Shown here one piece after another: positions 1-4,918 of a stretch of 5,356 bases of DNA. This stretch comes from a virus (lineage: Duplodnaviria > Heunggongvirae > Uroviricota > Caudoviricetes): the IMG/VR virus record IMGVR_UViG_2537562231_000017; one strand, 5' to 3'. The notes beneath the pieces were generated by a model that worked only from the letters and a program-made list of their open reading frames with translations, made no database searches and was not told where the DNA came from. The position numbers and the translations under genes are program-made. Every line of letters starts with the position of its first letter. Within the stretch, counting starts at the first letter, position 1.

Positions 1-112
1 CAGCAAGTTGCCATTCCCGCCACTCCTCCACCGTCCGGTACGGTGGAACCGACCCCTGTGGTGCAAGTCTGCGAATACGTTCAAGAACCCCAACTGCCGC
101 AATGTTTTTCAT
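1..112 (-). CDS. DnaC-like replicative helicase loader, N-terminal fragment (gene continues beyond window start)
   Basis: Minus-strand ATG at 112..110, 6 nt after the TGA stop of the upstream initiator gene, preceded by GGGGGTGA. Hand translation gives MKNIAAVGVLERIRRLAPQGSVPPYRTVEEWREWQLA..., which resembles the DnaC N-terminus as I recall it (MKN...P..T.EE..WQ). Not in the ORF track because it is incomplete. Position after an O-like gene fits an initiator/loader pair. Confidence 0.45.
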   Translation of the reverse strand, partial: MKNIAAVGVLERIRRLAPQGSVPPYRTVEEWREWQLA

Positions 113-118
113 GACACG

Positions 119-1081
119 TCACCCCCTGAATCCCGGCGGTATTTCAGTGTCCGGTTCAGAAATGTGATTCACGCAACGCTGCGCAGGCGAACGCCCCAGG
201 CGGATAACCAGTTCATCCCATTTTTCCCGGAGTTTTGCCGGACTCATGATGTTTTTTACCCAGAACGAATCCCGCTGGAGACGCCCAAACATTTCACAAA
301 TTTGTCTGTGAGTTCTGCCATCCAGCATCCGCATTGTGCGAACGTCATTGGCCCATGCTGTCCAGTTGGGTTCTTTCGGTCTAGTGATCTCGCCATCATC
401 GCTGGCCGCCTGCTCGTAAAGACTCACGATTCGTCCCCAGATCCACTGTGCGCACACCAAATCTTCCTGACTTCCCCACTGGCGTTTTCTCGCACTGAAC
501 ACAACCGCGTCAGGGTGTCGGGTTAAAAAATCCTGTTCAGCCGTCTGCGGGTCCGGTTGCGAAGCGTCCGGACAAGAAGATCTTTTATCTGACGGATCAG
601 GTTTTAATACTGACGGATCGGGGTCAATCATCGCCCCCCTAATCGGCAGTTTTTTATCAACGGTTGATCCATCAAAATTTGACGGGTCAACCGTTGAGGG
701 GTCAATATTTGACGGGTCAACTGTTAACGGGTCATTTTTTGCCGGGCTAATTTTTCTTTTCGGTTTATATGACTCACGCGCCGCCGCCGCAGCTGCTTCG
801 AGTTTTTCCACATTAAGCCGATAGATATTGCTTACATTACGCCCACCGACCTTACGCTCTTCCTTCGTCAGCCAGCCCTCTTTCGCCAGTTCTGCAATAG
901 CCGATTTCACTGTGGATTCACTTCTTGCACCGATCTGACGCCGGATAGTTTCAATGGCAGGCCATGACACGCCCTCGTCATTGCTGTAGTCTGCAAGACG
1001 GGCCATAACCGCCACCCTGGATAAGATCATGCCGGTGAAGGCGCACCCTTCCCAGACAAGACCATGAAGCTTGCTGCTCAT
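119..1081 (-). CDS. Phage replication initiation protein, O-like, with N-terminal winged-helix/HTH DNA-binding domain
   Basis: 325-aa ORF 119..1096 on minus strand. Preferred start is the ATG at 1081..1079 (MSSKLHGLV...), preceded by GGGGGT with 4-nt spacing; the GTG at 1096 has no comparable SD. N-terminal region (ILSRVAVMARLADYSNDEGVSWPAIETIRRQIGARSESTVKSAIAELAKEGWLTKEE) looks like the HTH of phage replication initiators. The central linker DPLTVDPSNIDPSTVDPSNFDGSTVD is encoded by tandem DNA repeats, as in lambda O where ori lies inside the gene. Confidence 0.7.
   Translation of the reverse strand: MSSKLHGLVWEGCAFTGMILSRVAVMARLADYSNDEGVSWPAIETIRRQIGARSESTVKSAIAELAKEGWLTKEERKVGGRNVSNIYRLNVEKLEAAAAAARESYKPKRKISPAKNDPLTVDPSNIDPSTVDPSNFDGSTVDKKLPIRGAMIDPDPSVLKPDPSDKRSSCPDASQPDPQTAEQDFLTRHPDAVVFSARKRQWGSQEDLVCAQWIWGRIVSLYEQAASDDGEITRPKEPNWTAWANDVRTMRMLDGRTHRQICEMFGRLQRDSFWVKNIMSPAKLREKWDELVIRLGRSPAQRCVNHISEPDTEIPPGFRG
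589..770. repeat. Putative replication origin: iteron array plus adjacent AT-rich tract, embedded in the initiator gene
   Basis: Core TGACGG(A/G)TCA occurs at 590, 611, 680 and 710. About three tandem ~30-bp units at 650-679, 680-709 and 710-739 (e.g. TGACGGGTCAACCGTTGAGGGGTCAATATT / TGACGGGTCAACTGTTAACGGGTCATTTTT). Followed by an AT-rich stretch TCATTTTTTGCCGGGCTAATTTTTCTTTTCGGTTTATAT (732-770). Confidence 0.55.
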
Positions 1082-1103
1082 AAAACCCCCGAACACCGTG
1101 CTT

Positions 1104-1529
1104 TTAGTGCATCACCACAGCATTCCCTGCCGGGCCGCCGCGATTCATCTGGTCATACAAAACAACCGCTGACGCAACAAAATCATCGACATCCTTCACC
1201 AGCCGATCCCTCCGTTCGACGATCTCACGGTAATATTCAGAACTGTGGCTGCGCATACGGGCCACCAGCAAAGGCGGCATCGCCTTTTCGATCGCCGGTA
1301 ACAGAGCCTGCATTTTTTCAACAGCATCAGGGGTGTCTTTATCCAGCCAACGGAAAATTTTCTGGGTATTACGGGCCAGGGCTTCCGGATGGCTGTCGTC
1401 ATACAGTTCCGGGAACGTCATTCCCAGCTCGAAATACGCTTTGGTAATTTTCGCAGCCGGTACTTTTTCGCCGTCCGGATGCGCCCAGGCATTCATTGCC
1501 ATGCGGATGTGTTCATGCTTGATTTTCAT
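1104..1529 (-). CDS. YdaT-family protein (Rac prophage YdaT-like; historically annotated as toxin, possibly a CII-like regulator)
   Basis: 141-aa ORF starting MKIKHEHI..., preceded by GGGGGTGA. Lies directly downstream of the Cro-like gene (17-nt overlap) and upstream of the replication gene, mirroring Rac ydaS-ydaT-replication order. Family assignment is from N-terminal resemblance and synteny as recalled, not from a search. Confidence 0.55.
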   Translation of the reverse strand: MKIKHEHIRMAMNAWAHPDGEKVPAAKITKAYFELGMTFPELYDDSHPEALARNTQKIFRWLDKDTPDAVEKMQALLPAIEKAMPPLLVARMRSHSSEYYREIVERRDRLVKDVDDFVASAVVLYDQMNRGGPAGNAVVMH

Positions 1530-1788
1530 GAATCACCCCCGCCTCTGGTTGTGTGTTAGCCTGATACTCGACAGGTAAGCCGTCGGTTGGGTTGGGATAA
1601 GTACTGCCATCAATCTCGTGCGGAGTTACTATCCAGCCTGTTGCTTCGCACCAGCGTAAAATTTTTTTCCCCGTAAGTTTCGCCCGTCCGGTAATGACAT
1701 GGCTTACCATCCCTTGGGTTACCCCAACAATTTCAGCAAAATGCTTCTGAGTTATACCGGAATGATGCAAATATTCTCCAAGATTCAT
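1513..1788 (-). CDS. Cro/YdaS-like HTH transcriptional regulator
   Basis: 91-aa ORF, start ATG 1788..1786 preceded by GAGGTGA. HTH-like segment ITQKHFAEIVGVTQGMVSHVITGRAKLTGKKILRW. First gene of the leftward operon, divergent from the rightward regulator gene. Confidence 0.65.
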   Translation of the reverse strand: MNLGEYLHHSGITQKHFAEIVGVTQGMVSHVITGRAKLTGKKILRWCEATGWIVTPHEIDGSTYPNPTDGLPVEYQANTQPEAGVIHENQA

Positions 1789-1895
1789 TGTTCACCTCAT
1801 GTGATGTCATCACGATCATTAATAGCATTGTTATTTTTAAAAGTAAATAGCATCACTATTTCAAAGAGATTAATAATCTTATTAGAATTGAAGGT
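1789..1895. promoter_or_regulatory. Divergent promoter/operator region between Cro-like gene and PaaR-like regulator gene
   Basis: 107-bp AT-rich intergenic region between divergent HTH genes. Perfect-armed palindrome GTGATG-T-CATCAC at 1801-1813 next to the cro RBS; extra CATCAC half-site at 1851-1856; second palindrome TAATAA-TC-TTATTA at 1871-1884 just upstream of the rightward gene start. Candidate leftward promoter on minus strand: TTTACT -35, 17-bp spacer, TATTAA -10. Confidence 0.5.
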
Positions 1896-2396
1896 ATGAA
1901 AAGAAAATCCCTGTCAGAGATCGACCTGCAAGCCGCCCAGAGACTGAAAGAAATCTGGACGGCGAAAAAAAATCAACTAGGGTTAACCCAAGAGCGTGCG
2001 GCAGAAATTCTGGGATTTTCGACACAGGGAGCTGTAAGCCATTATCTAAATGGTCAGACACCTTTAAATCTTGAGGCTGTTATCAAGTTCGCAGGGTTGC
2101 TGCAAGTTCCTCCCGAGTCAATCAGACCAGATATGGCCGAGTTGTTACAAATTGTAAGGATGTATCCCCAAGAATCTGGGGAGGACAATGTTGTCACTAT
2201 ATCTGCAGATATGGAACAATCGGAAAACGAACTTCCGTTTAATATAGACCCCATGGAGCGGGATTTGCTCCAGACGTTCAGGGCTTTCCCCAAAGAAGAT
2301 AAAGAGAAAATGCTTAAGGAAATGAAGGAGAAAAAAGAATCAATTGAAGAAATCGTTGCGCGATGGCTAGCTGCGCAAAAGGGTCGTCGCGCCTAA
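1896..2396 (+). CDS. paaR: PaaR-like HTH (XRE-family) transcriptional regulator, first gene of a three-component TA operon; occupies the prophage repressor position
   Basis: 166-aa ORF. N-terminal HTH LGLTQERAAEILGFSTQGAVSHYLNG. Followed 17 nt downstream by the antitoxin gene with an AGGAGG RBS, matching the paaR-paaA-parE three-gene architecture described in E. coli O157:H7 (established knowledge; not verified by search). Confidence 0.7.
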   Translation: MKRKSLSEIDLQAAQRLKEIWTAKKNQLGLTQERAAEILGFSTQGAVSHYLNGQTPLNLEAVIKFAGLLQVPPESIRPDMAELLQIVRMYPQESGEDNVVTISADMEQSENELPFNIDPMERDLLQTFRAFPKEDKEKMLKEMKEKKESIEEIVARWLAAQKGRRA

Positions 2397-2413
2397 TCTG
2401 AGGAGGTAAAAAC

Positions 2414-2605
2414 ATGAGTACAGCCCTTTCCCCGATAATTTCTGAATTTGAAACAGTCGAACAAGAAAACAGCTATAACGAATGGTTGCGAACCAAAGTG
2501 GCAGCAAGCCTCTCAGATCCCCGTCCTGCAATTCCACATGACGAAGTAATGGCTGAAATGGAAAACCTTATTGCTCAATTAGCTGCAACGAACAGGAGTG
2601 AGTAA
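2414..2605 (+). CDS. paaA: PaaA-type antitoxin (partner of ParE toxin)
   Basis: 63-aa ORF MSTALSPIISEFETVEQENSYNEWLRTKVAASLSDPRPAIPHDEV...; the N-terminal ~45 aa closely match PaaA2 antitoxin as I recall it. AGGAGG SD 6-7 nt upstream. Stop overlaps the toxin start (TAATG). Confidence 0.8.
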   Translation: MSTALSPIISEFETVEQENSYNEWLRTKVAASLSDPRPAIPHDEVMAEMENLIAQLAATNRSE

Positions 2606-2895
2606 TGCTGCCCATTTTATGGCTACCTTCTGCACGTGATGATTTACGTCAGATCGTAGCCTATATTGCTAAGGAAAACCCTCCCGCTGCACGTAGACTA
2701 AAAATACGCATTGAAACATCAGTTTTGTCACTTACTGAACACCCTTATCTGTACCCACCGAGCGAAAGAGTTCCAAGTCTTCGTGAGATAGTGACTCATC
2801 CTAACTACATAATACTTTACCGAGTAACAGCATCTAACATCGAGATCGTAAATGTAGTTCACTCACGAAGACAGTATCCAAACAAAACCTGTTAA
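2605..2895 (+). CDS. parE: ParE-family toxin (RelE/ParE superfamily)
   Basis: 96-aa ORF MLPILWLPSARDDLRQIVAYI...EHPYLYPPSERVPSLREIVTHPNYIILYRV...VVHSRRQYP, matching conserved ParE motifs. Translationally coupled to the antitoxin (ATG at 2605 overlaps TAA at 2603-2605), upstream AGGAG. Confidence 0.85.
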   Translation: MLPILWLPSARDDLRQIVAYIAKENPPAARRLKIRIETSVLSLTEHPYLYPPSERVPSLREIVTHPNYIILYRVTASNIEIVNVVHSRRQYPNKTC

Positions 2896-2908
2896 TCCTT
2901 CCTGTCAA

Positions 2909-2932
2909 CAACCACCTTCGGGTGGTTTTTTC
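2909..2932 (+). terminator. Rho-independent terminator downstream of parE
   Basis: Stem AACCACC (2910-2916), loop TTCG, stem GGTGGTT (2921-2927), followed by a T-run through 2931, beginning 14 nt after the parE stop. Confidence 0.7.
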
Positions 2933-2955
2933 TTGCCACGATAATAGCACTGCTA

Positions 2956-2984
2956 TTTACATAATTAAATAGTAGTGGTATTGT
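2956..2984 (+). promoter_or_regulatory. Candidate sigma70 promoter for the ydfABC-dicF-dicB transcript
   Basis: TTTACA (2956-2961), 17-bp spacer, TATTGT (2979-2984), located after the parE terminator and ~180 bp upstream of ydfA. Sequence match only. Confidence 0.3.
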
Positions 2985-3163
2985 TCATTCATCAACCCAC
3001 CCCGCCCCACAGAACGCCAGGCAATACTTCGAGTTACCCGGCAGTGGTCAGGGGTTAAGTAGCCAGCCCGAGGCGTAAGAACATGACGGCAGGGTTCAAC
3101 TTTAATAACTATGCAGCAGGTTTTTGTTCCGCTACCCCGGCGTTAAGGGGAAATGAGGTCAGC

Positions 3164-3319
3164 ATGGATACTATCGATCTTGGCAACAGCGAATCTCTGG
3201 TATGTGGCGTGTTCCCCAACCAGGACGGTACGTTCACCGCGATGACGTATACCAAAAGCAAAACGTTTAAAACCGAAAATGGTGCCCGTCGCTGGCTGGA
3301 AAGAAACTCAGGTGAGTGA
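3164..3319 (+). CDS. ydfA: YdfA-like small prophage protein (Qin prophage ydfA homologue, DUF1391-like)
   Basis: 51-aa product MDTIDLGNSESLVCGVFPNQDGTFTAMTYTKSKTFKTENGARRWLERNSGE from the ATG at 3164, with GAGGT 5 nt upstream. Length and sequence match my recollection of K-12 YdfA. The ORF track's 78-aa version starts at an in-frame ATG at 3083. Confidence 0.7.
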   Translation: MDTIDLGNSESLVCGVFPNQDGTFTAMTYTKSKTFKTENGARRWLERNSGE

Positions 3320-3320
3320 T

Positions 3321-3449
3321 ATGGATTTCGACACAATCATGGAAAAGGCTTACGAAGAATACTTCGAAGGTCTTGCCGAAGGCGAAGAAGCTCTCAGCTT
3401 CAACGAATTTAAACAGGCGCTTTCCAGTTCGGCAAAATCTAACGGCTGA
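3321..3449 (+). CDS. ydfB: YdfB-like small prophage protein (42 aa)
   Basis: Not in the ORF track (too short). Hand translation from ATG 3321 gives MDFDTIMEKAYEEYFEGLAEGEEALSFNEFKQALSSSAKSNG, stop TGA 3447-3449. Starts 1 nt after the ydfA stop, reproducing the K-12 ydfA/ydfB spacing as recalled. Confidence 0.65.
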   Translation: MDFDTIMEKAYEEYFEGLAEGEEALSFNEFKQALSSSAKSNG

Positions 3450-3478
3450 TAAGCGAAACAGCACCGCGAGGAATCAGT

Positions 3479-3697
3479 ATGCAGAAACGAGAACCCGTCA
3501 TCATCGCGCCAGACTATACCGATGATGAACTTTATGAGTGGATGCGCCAGAAAATTAATGCAGCGCAGGATCTGAAATGGGCCAATGAAGCCAGGACTAA
3601 GCAGGCTGAAAATCTGTCCGCTCTGGAGCAGGATATCACCAGGCTGGAAAAAGCAGCGGCATTAAGCATTGCCAGAATGGTTACATACCCACGTTAA
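3479..3697 (+). CDS. ydfC: YdfC-like prophage protein (72 aa)
   Basis: 72-aa ORF MQKREPVIIAPDYTDDELYEWMRQKINAAQDLKWANEARTKQAENLSALEQDITRLEK...; the 29-nt gap after ydfB matches the K-12 Qin arrangement as recalled. Confidence 0.75.
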   Translation: MQKREPVIIAPDYTDDELYEWMRQKINAAQDLKWANEARTKQAENLSALEQDITRLEKAAALSIARMVTYPR

Positions 3698-3719
3698 TAG
3701 CTAACCAACGAGGCTAATA

Positions 3720-4121
3720 ATGGAATTTAAAGATTTACCAATGCCATTCCAGGAAATGGCAGCGAATGTGGTTCGCTCTCAACTGGCGACTCTTGACCTG
3801 AGTACTGTAGAAAAGGAAACCATCGATACTATATCCGGTAACGTGCGTCGTGCCTTTATAGGTCTGTATGAAGAGAAGCGCCTATTCGGCGGACAGAATT
3901 CGCCTGAAAACAAGAATCAAGCAAATGATGAGAAGCTGAAACACATTATCGCCTTACTTTTGGAAGACGCAAAACGTCTACAGCAACTGGAACCAAATGC
4001 AGGCACAGAGGCCCGCATTTGGATTGCCATGAAATCACTCAAATGTGAAAGCAGTGATTATTTCAAAACAACAATTAAAACTACTCAACTTTCGGGAGAG
4101 CTACTGAAGAAATTGCCATAA
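3720..4121 (+). CDS. Hypothetical protein (133 aa), unknown function, in a low-GC segment
   Basis: ATG at 3720 with GAGG SD 6 nt upstream, 23 nt after the ydfC stop and in the operon direction. No recognisable motifs. This region is visibly more AT-rich than the flanking prophage genes (by eye, not computed). Confidence 0.5.
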   Translation: MEFKDLPMPFQEMAANVVRSQLATLDLSTVEKETIDTISGNVRRAFIGLYEEKRLFGGQNSPENKNQANDEKLKHIIALLLEDAKRLQQLEPNAGTEARIWIAMKSLKCESSDYFKTTIKTTQLSGELLKKLP

Positions 4122-4359
4122 GAGCATGGTCTTTCTCTTGTTCTGCAAGATGAGCATTAATACCTGGTATGGTTTTTTCAAATTTATCTATCTGTTGAAT
4201 AACAACTTCGCGGTATACGTTTGTTTTTGTACCACCAAGCGCAGCCGTTAATGCAGAAAGCATATTTAGTATCATATCAGTGCGATATGAAAGAATCCTG
4301 ATAGCTTCATCTTGTTTTTCAATAATAGATTGCAGGGCCTCAATTTGCTTTTTATCCAT
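4081..4359 (-). CDS. Hypothetical protein (92 aa from ATG at 4359), unknown function, predicted largely helical
   Basis: Minus-strand ORF; preferred start ATG 4359..4357 (MDKKQIEALQSIIEKQDEAIRIL...) preceded by a strong AGGAGGGTG SD at ~5-nt spacing. The ORF-track GTG start at 4398 lacks an SD. Convergent with, and overlapping by 41 bp, the 3' end of the 133-aa gene. Confidence 0.5.
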   Translation of the reverse strand: MDKKQIEALQSIIEKQDEAIRILSYRTDMILNMLSALTAALGGTKTNVYREVVIQQIDKFEKTIPGINAHLAEQEKDHALMAISSVALPKVE

Positions 4360-4691
4360 TTCACCCTCCTGAGGGTTGGTAATTAAGGAGTTCTCCACGG
4401 GTCAGGTGGAGTGCGTGCGCCGGACACGGGTGAACATCCGGCACTGACAGTTTACTGAAAGGATATGTCCCTGAAAAGTCAGGGCATAACGCGAAAGCGC
4501 ACGGCGAAATTGGTCTCTCTGTACGGTGTCGTTAAATTTAGTTCGACCGTGCGCTTCCGGTTGTGGCACTCCGCGAAATGGCGCGGCGGTAAGTATGGCG
4601 GGGTTATTCCTTCCCCCGTTGAGGACACCGGGTTGTCAGGTTGACCATACGCTTAAGTGACAACTCCGCTGCAACGCCCTCTGTTATCAAT

Positions 4692-4749
4692 TTTCTGGTG
4701 ACTTTTGGCGGTATCAGTTTTACTCCGTGACTGCTCTGCCGCCCTTTTT
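4692..4749 (+). ncRNA. dicF: DicF small regulatory RNA
   Basis: TTTCTGGTGACTTTTGGCGGTATCAGTTTTACTCCGTGACTGCTCTGCCGCCCTTTTT is near-identical to the E. coli K-12 DicF sequence as I recall it (one apparent substitution), ending in a GC-rich stem plus T-run, located upstream of dicB as in Qin. Confidence 0.85.
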
Positions 4750-4918
4750 AAAGTGAATTTTGTGATGTGGTGAATGCGGCTGAGCGCACGCGGAACAGTT
4801 AAAACCAAAAACAGTGTTATGGGTGGATTCTCTGTATCCGGCGTTAATTGTTAACCGGTTAACGTCACCTGGAGGCACCAGGCACCGCATCACAAAATTC
4901 ATTGTTGAGGACGCGATA

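Noticed and set aside
8-526. 172-aa plus-strand ORF
   Set aside because: Lies entirely antisense to the O-like initiator gene and the DnaC-like start, with no convincing RBS and a low-complexity, proline/arginine-rich translation typical of a shadow ORF.
589-740. Possible CRISPR array suggested by the tandem repeats
   Set aside because: Repeats are short, imperfect and contiguous without unique spacers, lie inside a coding sequence and encode a repetitive peptide linker. This is consistent with ori iterons, not CRISPR.
1094-1096. GTG start for the O-like initiator (ORF-track start at 1096)
   Set aside because: No Shine-Dalgarno upstream. The in-frame ATG at 1081..1079 is preceded by GGGGGT at good spacing, so the shorter 320-aa form is preferred.
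1064-1578. Plus-strand ORFs 1064..1447 (127 aa) and 1333..1578 (81 aa), and minus-strand ORF 1196..1402 (68 aa)
   Set aside because: All overlap the well-supported minus-strand YdaT-like gene in other frames. Their translations are compositionally odd (R/C/W-rich) and they lack RBSs.
1699-1899. 66-aa plus-strand ORF spanning the cro-like gene start and the divergent intergenic region
   Set aside because: Antisense to the Cro-like gene and runs through the operator/promoter region. No RBS; very hydrophobic, low-complexity translation.
2054-2293. 79-aa minus-strand ORF inside the PaaR-like gene
   Set aside because: Antisense shadow ORF within a well-supported coding region; serine-rich translation, no RBS.
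3109-3525. ORFs 3109..3336 (minus), 3267..3464 (minus) and 3316..3525 (plus)
   Set aside because: These overlap ydfA, ydfB and ydfC, whose frames, RBSs and characteristic 1-nt and 29-nt spacings are much better supported. The alternative-frame ORFs are shadow ORFs.
4033-4059. Inverted repeat AATCACT...AGTGATT as a possible terminator between the convergent genes
   Set aside because: The 13-nt loop and absence of a T-run on either strand make an intrinsic terminator unlikely, and it lies inside the 133-aa coding sequence.
4396-4398. GTG start giving the 105-aa version of the minus-strand hypothetical gene
   Set aside because: No SD upstream of the GTG, whereas the internal ATG at 4359 has a strong AGGAGGGTG; the 92-aa form is preferred.
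4535-4560. tRNA-like T-loop motif (GTTCGA) in the DicF leader
   Set aside because: No surrounding acceptor, D-arm or anticodon-arm structure could be built by eye. It is probably part of the structured sRNA precursor.
4814-4918. 35-codon N-terminal extension of the dicB ORF (73-aa ORF-track version)
   Set aside because: DicB homology begins exactly at the internal ATG at 4919, which has a GAGGA SD. The extension covers the structured DicF-dicB spacer and is an open-frame artefact.
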